The position numbers were made by a program, and so were the translations under genes. Under the pieces are notes generated by a model. That model was not told the DNA's origin. It did no database searches and saw only the letters and a program-made list of their open reading frames with translations. A stretch of 64,000 bases of DNA, from the NCBI GenBank assembly GCA_964546935.1, contig CAZJLJ010000001.1, forward strand, positions 70,664 through 134,663, in the 5' to 3' direction. Positions 7,890 through 17,464 of this stretch are shown here, piece by piece (positions within the stretch are counted from its first letter, which is position 1; each line of letters starts with the position of its first letter). This DNA comes from an uncultured bacterium (GTDB lineage Bacteria > Vulcanimicrobiota > Vulcanimicrobiia > Vulcanimicrobiales > Vulcanimicrobiaceae).

Positions 7890-8458
7890 GCTAGTTGTTC
7901 CTCGCGCAACGCTGCAAACTCGGCGGCCGTTTCCCTATCCACGTGTGTCGAAAAGATGGCGCATCCACGCGCCACCTCTCGAATGACTTTCGCATGCGCG
8001 TACTGCGGGCGATCGAGCACGAGCAACCGCGGTGAGGAAAGCAACGCCGCAACCAGCGGATAGGCGAAGGCTTCGTGCAGCTCCGTCAAGCGTTCCAAGA
8101 GAAGCTTTGCCTGCGCTTGCGCTCGCACGGCGTCAGTGTTCCACAACGCTGCGCGGTAGCCGATGTAGCGCAAGAATTGCGCCGGTGCCATGACAAGCGG
8201 ATCGTGCGGGACGAATGCCGTTATTTTCTTGCAGTGAACGGGCTGAACGCTCGGATCGTACTCGCCGATTAAAACCGAACCATGGCTGCAGCGCGCCAGG
8301 CCGGCTGCCAGCATCGCGATCGCGCGCGCTTCTTCGACGCCTGCGCAGAAGTGTGCGTATTGCGTCCCGGGATAGACGTCGAACGATGTCGCGGGCACGA
8401 CGATTCTGCCGTTACGAATGAACGTGGCATCGCGCAAACGCAGAATCGGCGCGATCAT
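7886..8458 (-). CDS. ABC-ATPase-like protein with degenerate nucleotide-binding motifs
   Basis: 190 aa from the ATG at 8458, which overlaps the NAPRT stop in an ATGA. It has an ABC-fold layout, but the Walker A position reads CAGVEEAR, the signature position reads HEAFAYP, and Walker B reads LLVLDRP. The H-loop STH is kept. Confidence 0.6.
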   Translation of the reverse strand: MIAPILRLRDATFIRNGRIVVPATSFDVYPGTQYAHFCAGVEEARAIAMLAAGLARCSHGSVLIGEYDPSVQPVHCKKITAFVPHDPLVMAPAQFLRYIGYRAALWNTDAVRAQAQAKLLLERLTELHEAFAYPLVAALLSSPRLLVLDRPQYAHAKVIREVARGCAIFSTHVDRETAAEFAALREEQLA

Positions 8459-9555
8459 TGCACCGGCTCCAAACGAACGTTGGGCCGTTCCGGGCGGCCG
8501 ACCTTGTGGCATTCCGTCCAGCCGTTGCCTTGTTTCACCGCCGCAATGTCGGCGGTGTAATCGAACCGGCCGGAACCTGCAAAGAACGCGCTACCGACGG
8601 CGTAGGCATCGACCGGCACGCCCTTTCTTTCGAATTCATCGATTCGTTGTGGTGTGAAGCCGCCGCTCACAACGATCTTCACGTTCGAAAAGCCTTCGGT
8701 ATCCAACGCCGTACGAACGTTCCAAACAAGGCGCGGGTTCACACCGGTGGGCGGAAAGGTTCCCATTTGGTTCCAAATCGAGCGGTCAACTACCGTTCCC
8801 GACGTGTCCAATCGTACGCCCCAAAGGCGGTCGCCGAGCGCCCGCGCGACTTCCAAACTCGTGCGAACGCAGTCGTTCTCGAAATCGACGAGTGAAATGA
8901 CCGCGACGTCCGGCTCGCTTAGTTCCGCGAATTTTTTCGTTGCGAGCACGGTATCGCCGCCATACGCCGCGATGAGTGCGTGCGGGACGGTTCCCATTCC
9001 TCGAGCGCCCCACCATTCGGCGTTTGCGTCGGTCGATACGCCGAGCGCTCCCGAGATGTACGCTGCGTATCCGTCGCCGGTTTGCACCAAGTGATGATCG
9101 AAACGGGCCGGAAAAAAGAGTACGGTTTTTCCGTTTGCCGCATCGACGATTTCGCGCGCATTTGTTGCTATGCGGGTCCGGCGCGAAAGCGAACCGAGAT
9201 ACGGCGTCTCCAAATGCGCAAAGAAGCTGTAGTCGCCTTCGATCGTCATGACGGTCTCGTACGGAGCGACGCGATCGCCGTCGTAGAGCGCGCGAACCCG
9301 CAGTTGCGGCCATCCGTCTTCCCAGCCACTGGCGCCTTCGCGGCCGCTGCAGAGTTTCAGGATGGCGATTGCTTCGTCGATGCCGCACAGGACCGCTTCG
9401 TTGCGTTGAAACACCTGCATCCGTACGATGGGGTGGCACTCGTCCAACTCAAGAATCGTCCGTGCCCGGTTGAAGTAAGTGTCCGAGTAATAGCCGGCGC
9501 GCATCTTTTCGACGGGCAGGTTAAAAATCGAGGGATCAAGCCGTTTCCTCGCCAT
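8455..9555 (-). CDS. pncB: nicotinate phosphoribosyltransferase (short, archaeal/type II-like form)
   Basis: 366 aa. YYSDTYFNRARTIL, GTVPHALIAAYGG, WGVRLDTSG and VVSGGF are characteristic of the NAPRT/QPRT superfamily. Confidence 0.8.
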   Translation of the reverse strand: MARKRLDPSIFNLPVEKMRAGYYSDTYFNRARTILELDECHPIVRMQVFQRNEAVLCGIDEAIAILKLCSGREGASGWEDGWPQLRVRALYDGDRVAPYETVMTIEGDYSFFAHLETPYLGSLSRRTRIATNAREIVDAANGKTVLFFPARFDHHLVQTGDGYAAYISGALGVSTDANAEWWGARGMGTVPHALIAAYGGDTVLATKKFAELSEPDVAVISLVDFENDCVRTSLEVARALGDRLWGVRLDTSGTVVDRSIWNQMGTFPPTGVNPRLVWNVRTALDTEGFSNVKIVVSGGFTPQRIDEFERKGVPVDAYAVGSAFFAGSGRFDYTADIAAVKQGNGWTECHKVGRPERPNVRLEPVQ

Positions 9556-9593
9556 CGTAAGGTCACTTCGGGCGAGGCGCGAAGAAATCCGCG

Positions 9594-11324
9594 ATGATCG
9601 ATAATGCCGCCATCGCTCGCAAATTGCTCGAGATCCGAACGCTGATGGAAATGGCGGGCGAGAGCTTCTATAAATTCATGGCTTTCGAAAAGGCCGCCGC
9701 GTCGATAGAAAACGCACCGCCGGTGCGCGATCTCATCGTGGCCGGCGAGCTGATCAAGCTTCCGGGAGTCGGCAAATCGATTGCAGTCGTGGTAGAGCAG
9801 CTGGCCGAACGCGGCACCGCCGAACAGCTTGAAGCGCTCTACGAGCGTTTCCCGCCATCGATCATGGAGGTGCTCGGTGTCAGCGGGATCGGGACAAAAA
9901 CCGCCGCAATGCTGTGGACCGACTACCAAATCGCGTCGCTCGCCGATCTTGAAACGGCAATCGCAAACGGCGCGCTCGAGAGCGTGCCGCGGCTTGGCCC
10001 AAAAACGATCGATAATTGGCGCCGCGGCATTCTCGCCTATAAAGGACGGCAGAAACGTACGCCGCTCGCGCGAGCGCTGAAGATCGCGCACGAGGCGATT
10101 GAATTTTTGCGCAGCGGTCCCGACCATCATCGCTTGAATTATGCGGGAAGTTTGCGCCGGCAAGAAGTGACCGTCGGCGACGTCGACCTCGTTTGCACTG
10201 CCGCCGATGCGGCGGCGATTACGGCGTATTTTGCTACCTGGGATCGCGCCGAAGCCGTGCTGGCCGAAGGCCCCACGAAAACCAGTATCTGGCTGGAAAA
10301 TGGGCTGCAAGTCGATTTGCGCGTTCTTCCCGATCATTTGTACGGTAACTTGTTGCAGCATTTCACCGGGTCGCGGGAACACAACATCAAGATTCGCGAG
10401 TATGCGGTGCGCAAACAGTTGCGCGTAAGCGAAAACGGCATTCTCAATCTTGAAACAGGCGACGTAATCGTGTGTTCCGAGGAGCCGGAAGTCTACGCGG
10501 CGCTTGGAATGCAGTACGTTCCGCCGGAGTTGCGCAGCGGACTCGATGAAGTCGATCTTGCGCGCGAATTCGCTTTGCCTACACTGTTGGAACTCGCTGA
10601 TATCCGTGGCGATTTTCACATGCACTCCACGTGGAGCGACGGTCGCGATACGTTGGAAGATATGGTAGCGGCTGCTGCCGCGCGAGGATACGAGTACCAT
10701 GCCATCAGCGAACATTCGTGGGGGCGCGGAAAACGGTACGGACTCGATCCGCAGGACCTGCGCGAGCAGCGCAAGCGCGTCGAAGAACTCGGCAAGCGCC
10801 ACGGAATTCATACGTTGTGCGCAAGTGAAGTCGATATTCTGCCCGACGGCAGCATGGATTACGATGATGCGGTCCTAGCCGAACTCGATATCGTCATTGG
10901 AAGCGTTCACTCGGCGTTCAATCAGACACGCGACGAGATGACGCGCCGGATTATCCGCGCGTGCGAAAATCCTTACGTGTCCATCATCGGTCATCCGACA
11001 GGACGAATGCTCGAAAGCTTTCCCGGATATGAATTCGACTACGACGCAGTTTTTGCCGCGGCGGCCCGCACAGGCACGGCGCTCGAAATCGATGGCCAGG
11101 CGTTGCGGTTAGATCTTCCTGCGGCGCTGGCTCGCCGCGCGAAAACCTTCGGCGTTACGTTTACGACGGACAGCGATGCGCACAAAGTCGACGATCTTCC
11201 GAATTTGGAGCTTGCCGTTGGGCAAGCGCGCCGCGCCGGATTGACGAAAGACGATGTATTGAACGCGAAACCTTTGGAAGAAGTCTTGGCGTTCGTCGCG
11301 CGCAAGAGAGGAGCTGCCGTATGA
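9594..11324 (+). CDS. polX: family X DNA polymerase with C-terminal PHP phosphoesterase domain
   Basis: 576 aa. There is an N-terminal HhH/Pol-beta-like region (LPGVGKSIA, GSLRRQEVTVGDVDLV) and a PHP motif DFHMHSTWSDG...SDAH. Confidence 0.9.
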   Translation: MIDNAAIARKLLEIRTLMEMAGESFYKFMAFEKAAASIENAPPVRDLIVAGELIKLPGVGKSIAVVVEQLAERGTAEQLEALYERFPPSIMEVLGVSGIGTKTAAMLWTDYQIASLADLETAIANGALESVPRLGPKTIDNWRRGILAYKGRQKRTPLARALKIAHEAIEFLRSGPDHHRLNYAGSLRRQEVTVGDVDLVCTAADAAAITAYFATWDRAEAVLAEGPTKTSIWLENGLQVDLRVLPDHLYGNLLQHFTGSREHNIKIREYAVRKQLRVSENGILNLETGDVIVCSEEPEVYAALGMQYVPPELRSGLDEVDLAREFALPTLLELADIRGDFHMHSTWSDGRDTLEDMVAAAAARGYEYHAISEHSWGRGKRYGLDPQDLREQRKRVEELGKRHGIHTLCASEVDILPDGSMDYDDAVLAELDIVIGSVHSAFNQTRDEMTRRIIRACENPYVSIIGHPTGRMLESFPGYEFDYDAVFAAAARTGTALEIDGQALRLDLPAALARRAKTFGVTFTTDSDAHKVDDLPNLELAVGQARRAGLTKDDVLNAKPLEEVLAFVARKRGAAV

Positions 11325-12118
11325 TTCAGACCGTCGCAGTAAGAAGCCCGGACGGCGTTGCGACAGCAGCGCGAATCGCAGGCGAGCGCGGACCGGCGCT
11401 CGTTTTCGTTCACGGCGTCGGCTCGACCGCCGCCATTTGGGATTATCAGCTCGAAGCCTTTCGTGGTCGCAATCGGTGCATCGCAATCGAGCTTCGTGGA
11501 AACGGCGTTCCCAAGCCCGAACCCGATCCGGCGCAGATTACACGTCCCGGATTTGCGTCCGACGTTCTCGCGGTTTGCGACGCCCTTGGGGTCGAGCGGT
11601 TTACCATCGTCGGCTGCAGTTTGGGCGGCGTGGTTGCGTTCGAATTGTGGCCGCGCAATCGCGAACGCATCGAGGCGATGGTAATTGTCGGAAGCTTTGC
11701 AAAGTATCCCAACGGACGCGCCTACGCGGACTCCATAAAAGAAGCGGTCAAGCAAGCCGGCTCTATGGAGGCGTTTGCTCAGCAGCGTGCTGCGAAGATG
11801 GGACTGCCGCCGGAGCGGCTTTCGGAAACGCTGGAACAGATGGCGTGCAAGCAAGTACCCTCGTACTTAGCCGCGACCGACGCGACCTGGACGGGCGATT
11901 ATTCCGAAACTTTGCCGATGATAGATGTACCGGTGCTAGTCACCTGCGGGGAGCGCGACGTTATCGCGCCTCCGGAGCTTTCGCAAACGATTGCAAACGG
12001 AATTCCCGGCGTACAGTTTTCGCTCGTTCCGAATGCAGGCCACGTTGCGAATGCCGATAATGCGCCGGCCTTTAATACAATGTTAGCAAGCTTTCTGGAT
12101 TCACCCGTTCGAGCGTAG
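11321..12118 (+). CDS. alpha/beta-fold hydrolase
   Basis: 265 aa with the oxyanion motif VFVHGVGS, the nucleophile elbow GCSLGG and a C-terminal NAGH. ATGA overlap with polX. Confidence 0.8.
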   Translation: MIQTVAVRSPDGVATAARIAGERGPALVFVHGVGSTAAIWDYQLEAFRGRNRCIAIELRGNGVPKPEPDPAQITRPGFASDVLAVCDALGVERFTIVGCSLGGVVAFELWPRNRERIEAMVIVGSFAKYPNGRAYADSIKEAVKQAGSMEAFAQQRAAKMGLPPERLSETLEQMACKQVPSYLAATDATWTGDYSETLPMIDVPVLVTCGERDVIAPPELSQTIANGIPGVQFSLVPNAGHVANADNAPAFNTMLASFLDSPVRA

Positions 12119-14814
12119 TGCAAACGCCTCCGGTTCCTCTTAACGAGAAGTTTCGTCTTGAGGCGCTCGACTCGTATGAAATTCTGGATACACCGGAAGA
12201 AGCGGTGTACGATGCTTTTACGCGCCTCGCGCGGGAGATCGCCGGCACGAAAATGTCCGCGATCAGCCTCGTCGATAGAGATCGTCAGTGGTTTAAATCG
12301 ACTGCGGGATTCGAAGCCACGGAAACACCGCGCGAAGTTTCGCTTTGCGCCCACGTCGTTGCGGAGGGCGGCCCGGTCGTCATCCGCGATGCGCATCTAG
12401 ACGCGCGTTTCGTGAATCATCCTGCCGTTACGGATGGCTTCCAAGTTCGTTTCTATGCCGGCCTGCCGTTGCGGAATCACGACGGATTTACGCTTGGCTC
12501 TCTTTGCGTTTTCGACGAGGAGCCTCACGAGATTACGTCTCAGCAAGTGGCGGCGCTAGAAGAGTTGAGCCGCGTGCTGATCGGCGTAATGGAGGGACGC
12601 CGCCGTTTTCTGCATCTCTTTGCGTCTGCGGGTATCGACGTGCTGACGGTGGACCCGAAGGATCACACGATTGTGTTTGCCTCGCGCGGTGCGTGCGAGC
12701 GATTGCAGTACGATCCGAAAGAGTTGATCGGAAAATCGCTTTTCGAGATCGCGCCGGTAACGCCGGAACAAGCGCGTAAAATCGACGATCGTGCACGCGC
12801 GGGCGAAGTTGTTACGTTCGAAAGCCGCTTCCAGCGCAGCGACGGGTCGTGGTATCCGGTCGAGGTGCGGATCGATCGGACATCCGAACACGGCGAAGAA
12901 CGGATGTTGATGATTGCGAGCGACCTGACTCGACGCAAGGAGCAGGAGCGTGAGATCATGCTGCTGCTCGGCGCCATCAATGTCGCGGGAGACGTGATTC
13001 TTGTTTACCGCGTATCGGAAGATCGTTCGCTGCAGCTTGCGTACATGAATGACGCGTATAAGGTGCAAACCGGCTATACGCCGGCCGAAGCGATCGGGAA
13101 GACGCTCGAAGACTTCCGGCACGACATGCCCGATGACGAAGGAATGGCTCGCATTCGCGTGGCGATGCAAGACGGAGTGCCGGCCCAAGAAGAGATCGTT
13201 AGCTATCGTAAAGACGGATCGACCTACTGGAACCAGGTTACGCTTCATCCGGTAATCGGTGCGTCCGGATCTGTAACGCATTGGATCGCAATCGAACGCG
13301 ACATTACCGAAGAAGTACAGCGCAAAGCCACGTTTGCCGAAGAGCACGACCGGCTTCTCGCATTGACACGAGCTGCGCGCCGATTGTTCACGGTGCTCGA
13401 TACGCGCTCGCTAAATGCTACGATTCGAGACGTTGTAAGAGGCTTGATTCCGGCGCACGCGCGCGTTCTGGCTGCGCAGGACGGTCGCGCTATCGAAGTT
13501 CAGGAATTGAGCTGTAACGACTGGAGCGATGCATTCAGCGACGATCTGGTAGAACAAGCCGTTCGTTACAAGATGCGCGTCGTGGACGAGGAACAGCAGC
13601 GCGCCGTTGCATACGTGGGCCACTTCGGCGACGCCCATTGCCTTCTCGAATTGCGCCCACGCTCTTCGCTGACCCTGCGCAATACTGAATTGTTCGTTTT
13701 CGATTTGATCACGGAATACTTCGCGGTGGCTGCGCGTAACGTAACGCTGTACAAAGAATTGGAAGACCGACGCAGCGCCGTGCTCGAATTGAGTCAGAAT
13801 AAGAGCGATCTGATCGCGATGCTGGCGCACGATTTCCGCGGACCGCTCACCTCCATCGTGGGCTTCGCCGACCTGACGAGCGAGGTTGGCGACGTTAACG
13901 AAGAGCAGCTCGAGTTTCTCAAGACCATCAAGCAATCGGCGATGCAGCTCTCGAACCTTGCCACCGATACGTTGACGCTCTCGCGGTTGGAGCGCAACGA
14001 AGTTACGCTTCGCGTGAACGAAGTTGACCTTGCGGGACTCTTACGCGAAGTCATTGCGCAACACGCGGATGGCCGTGAGATCGCGCTGCACGTCGATGGC
14101 GATGCGGCTTTGACGGGCGATGAAGAACGGCTCCGCCAAGTCTTCGCTAATGTTATCGACAACGCGGTAAAATACTCGCCCGGCGGTGTGAGCCCCGAAG
14201 TCAGCGTCACAGGGGATGCGAATACGGTGACGGTTTGCGTACGCGATTTCGGCATCGGCATTCCCGCCGGTGAATTGAACCGCGTCTTCGATCGGTTTGC
14301 GCGCGCTTCCAATGCTCGAAAGATGCGCATCTCCGGGACCGGCTTCGGCCTATTTCTCACAAAACAGCTGGTACAATTGCATGCCGGGGAAATCTCGGTC
14401 GAGAGCCGCGAAGGCGAAGGCAGCACGTTTACCATTAGGCTTCCGCGACGCGTGGAACGCGGCGCCGGTCCGCGCACGGTGGTGGTTATCGATCAGGAAC
14501 GCGATCGTTCGTTCTTAACCTACGGCGTTCGCGAAGCCGGATATCGCGTTATTGCAGCGGGAACGCTGGACGAAGTCCTTTGCGCCACCGATGCGCAGAA
14601 CATCGATGCGTTGATTGTTTCGGCGCCCGAGACGCTCGCAAGTGCCGATGCCGCCTTGTACCGCGCATTCGCACAGGAACGTGGAATTCCAATTGTTGCA
14701 ATTTCCAACGAGCCTTCGCTGATCTTCCGCCCTGCCGTCACGCTCCCGCGACCCGTGCTGATAGGCGATGTCGTTTCGGCGTTGGAATCGCTTCGCGTGG
14801 ATCCTACTCGCTGA
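12118..14814 (+). CDS. multidomain sensor histidine kinase (GAF, PAS x2, GAF-like, HisKA, HATPase_c, degenerate receiver)
   Basis: 898 aa. It has an N-terminal GAF (RLEALDSYEILDT...), PAS segments, the H-box AHDFRGPLTSI, the N/G boxes VIDNAVKYSP and GTGFGLFL, and a C-terminal receiver-like fold. Confidence 0.85.
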   Translation: MQTPPVPLNEKFRLEALDSYEILDTPEEAVYDAFTRLAREIAGTKMSAISLVDRDRQWFKSTAGFEATETPREVSLCAHVVAEGGPVVIRDAHLDARFVNHPAVTDGFQVRFYAGLPLRNHDGFTLGSLCVFDEEPHEITSQQVAALEELSRVLIGVMEGRRRFLHLFASAGIDVLTVDPKDHTIVFASRGACERLQYDPKELIGKSLFEIAPVTPEQARKIDDRARAGEVVTFESRFQRSDGSWYPVEVRIDRTSEHGEERMLMIASDLTRRKEQEREIMLLLGAINVAGDVILVYRVSEDRSLQLAYMNDAYKVQTGYTPAEAIGKTLEDFRHDMPDDEGMARIRVAMQDGVPAQEEIVSYRKDGSTYWNQVTLHPVIGASGSVTHWIAIERDITEEVQRKATFAEEHDRLLALTRAARRLFTVLDTRSLNATIRDVVRGLIPAHARVLAAQDGRAIEVQELSCNDWSDAFSDDLVEQAVRYKMRVVDEEQQRAVAYVGHFGDAHCLLELRPRSSLTLRNTELFVFDLITEYFAVAARNVTLYKELEDRRSAVLELSQNKSDLIAMLAHDFRGPLTSIVGFADLTSEVGDVNEEQLEFLKTIKQSAMQLSNLATDTLTLSRLERNEVTLRVNEVDLAGLLREVIAQHADGREIALHVDGDAALTGDEERLRQVFANVIDNAVKYSPGGVSPEVSVTGDANTVTVCVRDFGIGIPAGELNRVFDRFARASNARKMRISGTGFGLFLTKQLVQLHAGEISVESREGEGSTFTIRLPRRVERGAGPRTVVVIDQERDRSFLTYGVREAGYRVIAAGTLDEVLCATDAQNIDALIVSAPETLASADAALYRAFAQERGIPIVAISNEPSLIFRPAVTLPRPVLIGDVVSALESLRVDPTR

Positions 14815-15646
14815 TACGTTCGGCGACGCTGTAAACGTTTGCGCGTTCGCCGCGCACGAAACCCAGCAGCGTGATGTTGAAGCGTTGCGCAAGATCGACC
14901 GCGAGACTGCTTGGCGCCGAGACGGCGCATACGATGGGAATGCGCGCAACCGCGGCCTTTTGAAGAATCTCGTAGCTGGCGCGTCCGCTGACGAACATGA
15001 TCGTGCCCTGCAGCGACCGGCGCTCGATCAATGCCCAGCCACTGAGCTTATCGACAGCGTTGTGGCGCCCCACGTCTTCTCGCACTGCGATCGCGTGGCC
15101 GGCGCTATCGAATAGTGCCGCGGCATGCAGCCCGCCTGTCAACGAGAAAATGCGTTGTGCCTCCCGCATCCGTTCGGGCAGTTGATACACCGTGCGAATC
15201 GAAACACGTGCGTCGTCAACGACCGGCTCGAGCCCCAGTTCTTCGAGCTGCTCCAAATTTGCGCGTCCGCAGACACCGCACGAGCTATTCATCGTGAAAT
15301 GGCGTTCGAACCGCTCGGTAGGCGGAAGCTTTGCGGCTCGCAACTGAACGTTGACGATGTTGTAGCGCTGCTCTTCATCGATTTGGGGATCGACGCAGTA
15401 AGTCAATCCGGCAAGCTCTTCTGCCGATCTAACGATCTGTTCGCTCCGAACGAATCCCGCTGCTAACTCGAAGTCGTTTCCCGGCGTGCGCATGGTGACG
15501 GCGAGCGAGTGCATCTCGTCACCGGCAACAAGACGCAACTCAAGCGGCTCTTCCGTAACGACGCGATCGAATTTCTTTGCGGGTTGATGGCCTTCGTACG
15601 CGTCGACAGCGACTTCCGTGGTTCGCCCGCGTGAAACGTACGTCAC
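14804..15646 (-). CDS. fdhD: formate dehydrogenase accessory sulfurtransferase FdhD
   Basis: 280 aa with MRTPGNDFELAAGF, SSCGVCG and VGRHNAVDK, which are FdhD signatures. It is the last gene of the fdh operon. Confidence 0.9.
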   Translation of the reverse strand: MTYVSRGRTTEVAVDAYEGHQPAKKFDRVVTEEPLELRLVAGDEMHSLAVTMRTPGNDFELAAGFVRSEQIVRSAEELAGLTYCVDPQIDEEQRYNIVNVQLRAAKLPPTERFERHFTMNSSCGVCGRANLEQLEELGLEPVVDDARVSIRTVYQLPERMREAQRIFSLTGGLHAAALFDSAGHAIAVREDVGRHNAVDKLSGWALIERRSLQGTIMFVSGRASYEILQKAAVARIPIVCAVSAPSSLAVDLAQRFNITLLGFVRGERANVYSVAERISE

Positions 15647-16629
15647 CTTGGCTGGATGAACGCAGCGTGAGGATCTCGCGCCGAAGCCTTCCCCGCTTCA
15701 ATCAAGACCTCGCGAAAGACGTAGCCGCCTGCAAGCGTGAGCATTGAAGCTGCCACCGTTCTTATTGCATCGAGGGGCTTCGGAAGCTTGAGGATGTTGC
15801 CGGCTAAATTGAGCGCCATCGGTGCGAGAATGCCGCCGATCAAGGTGTACGTGCGTAATCGCTCGCCGTATTTGCCGGTGAACATTGGTTTACCGTATTC
15901 ACCCGAACGTTTTTCGAAGTCGTTTAACAGAAGAGCTTCGGTTGCACCGGCAAGCATTTCGAAACGTTCCAGCTTGCGCGCAACACCGTGGTTCCCCTCA
16001 ACAACGGCGAGCAGGCTCGCTAGCGCGCATGCGCTTGCAATTCCGGACGAAACGGAAGCTGCGGGAATATGCCGTTTCCCGGAAGACCACAGCGGATTGG
16101 CCGTCGCCGAAAGCAACACGCCGGTGTATCCCCCTACGAAAGCTCCCGTTAGGGCGTGCAATGTAGTAAAAGGCGCGGGCACAAGATGCCGCAGCCAGCG
16201 CGGAATCACATTGCTTTCCGCCAGTTCTTTGGTGACGTTGGCGCCGGCAACTCCGGAATAAAGAATAAGGCCCCAAACACCCAGCGACATCGGCGATTTG
16301 AACTTTACGATGCGCATCATGTTCAAAAACCGCTCCGGACGACCCAGGTGCGAGATCAACAACCCGGGATTAGCCGCTGCCAAGACGAGCGACGCGTACC
16401 GCAGCGATCTGCGCATACGGCGTTCATCTTCTTTTTGCGGGTCCGCGAGCGCGGAAAGAATTCCGAGCCCACCCATGATGCCGCCGAGGAAAAGATACGT
16501 AACGACGTTCCACTCCCAGTGCGGCGCTTTCAACATCGGCCGGTCGTAATATGTTGGCCCCGGCGCGAAGTTGTCACGCCGTCCGCCCGCGCCTTCGAAG
16601 GCTTCGTCTGGACTCGGAACGCTACGCAT
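15643..16629 (-). CDS. NrfD/PsrC-family integral membrane subunit of the formate dehydrogenase complex
   Basis: 328 aa, polytopic. The WEWNVVTYLFLGGIMGG motif is typical of NrfD-type quinone-interacting subunits. It overlaps both neighbours. Confidence 0.8.
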   Translation of the reverse strand: MRSVPSPDEAFEGAGGRRDNFAPGPTYYDRPMLKAPHWEWNVVTYLFLGGIMGGLGILSALADPQKEDERRMRRSLRYASLVLAAANPGLLISHLGRPERFLNMMRIVKFKSPMSLGVWGLILYSGVAGANVTKELAESNVIPRWLRHLVPAPFTTLHALTGAFVGGYTGVLLSATANPLWSSGKRHIPAASVSSGIASACALASLLAVVEGNHGVARKLERFEMLAGATEALLLNDFEKRSGEYGKPMFTGKYGERLRTYTLIGGILAPMALNLAGNILKLPKPLDAIRTVAASMLTLAGGYVFREVLIEAGKASARDPHAAFIQPR

Positions 16630-17464
16630 TCTTGAACATTATCCAGCCCGCAAACGCTAGCCCCGCGGCAGCAAGCGCCGCCGCGGTATATCCGGCAGGT
16701 TGCCGCGTGGACGGCAACACCGGCTCGGACGGCAAGTTGTAAACTTCAGGCTTATCCGTCAAAAGAAAAAATGCATTGAGCGGACCGATGCCGCCGCCGA
16801 CGTCATCTGCGCCGTAGAGCGAGGCTTGCACGCCACGCGCTTGCAGCGTCTCGACGCGTTGTTTCGCACGTTCGCGTAGTTCTTCTACGTTTCCGAACTG
16901 AATCGACTCCGTGGGACATGCTTTGGCGCAAGCGGGAACGAAGCCGAGGTTTTGGCGATCGTAGCAAAGGGTGCATTTGCCCGCGACACCGCCGCCGTTT
17001 TGCAAGGCCGTTTCTTTCTCTTCGCGGCGTTCTTCGCGGAGCGACGCAAGGTTGTACCGCGTTCCCGATGGATCGAACTTCTCGATCAAGTCGACAACGC
17101 CGAACGGACACGAAACGACGCAGTAACCGCAGCCGTTGCAAACATCCGGTTGAATATAAACCGAGTCGTGCTCGTTGCGTATGATCGCGCCCGTCGGGCA
17201 TGCTTCCAAGCAGCCCGCGTTCTTGCAGTGTTTGCAAACGTCGCTGCTCATCAACCAACGATCGTGGAGTCCGCTTTCATCGGCATGCATCTGCTCGATG
17301 AAGGCCACGTGACGCCACGTCGTTCCGGAAAGTTCCAAGGTGTTATCGTACGAATTGCCGCTAAACGAAAACCCGTCCGAGGGAAGTTCGTTCCATTGTT
17401 TGCACGCGACCTCGCACGCTTTGCACCCGATGCAAAGGGTAGTGTCGGTAAAAAATCCCGTCAT
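16622..17464 (-). CDS. formate dehydrogenase iron-sulfur (beta) subunit, FdnH-like, with a C-terminal TM helix
   Basis: 280 aa with four Cys clusters (CIGCKACEVAC, CKHCKNAGCLEACP, CNGCGYCVVSCP, CTLC...CAKACP) and a hydrophobic C-terminus YTAAALAAAGLAFAGWIMF. Confidence 0.9.
   Translation of the reverse strand: MTGFFTDTTLCIGCKACEVACKQWNELPSDGFSFSGNSYDNTLELSGTTWRHVAFIEQMHADESGLHDRWLMSSDVCKHCKNAGCLEACPTGAIIRNEHDSVYIQPDVCNGCGYCVVSCPFGVVDLIEKFDPSGTRYNLASLREERREEKETALQNGGGVAGKCTLCYDRQNLGFVPACAKACPTESIQFGNVEELRERAKQRVETLQARGVQASLYGADDVGGGIGPLNAFFLLTDKPEVYNLPSEPVLPSTRQPAGYTAAALAAAGLAFAGWIMFKNA

Noticed and set aside
9357-10811. A 484-aa ORF on the minus strand, the longest ORF in the track with no assigned function
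   Set aside because: It lies entirely antisense to the well-supported PolX gene. Its composition is Arg/Phe-rich and of low complexity, typical of shadow frames in GC-rich DNA, and I recognised no motif.
12556-13347. A 263-aa minus-strand ORF inside the histidine kinase gene
   Set aside because: It is an antisense shadow ORF of a gene with clear PAS/GAF motifs, with no RBS or recognisable domain.
16572-16598. A TGTCACG-N16 match to the ECF41 -35 element on the plus strand
   Set aside because: It lies inside and antisense to the NrfD-type coding region. The -10 position reads TCGA rather than CGTC, and no gene lies downstream.
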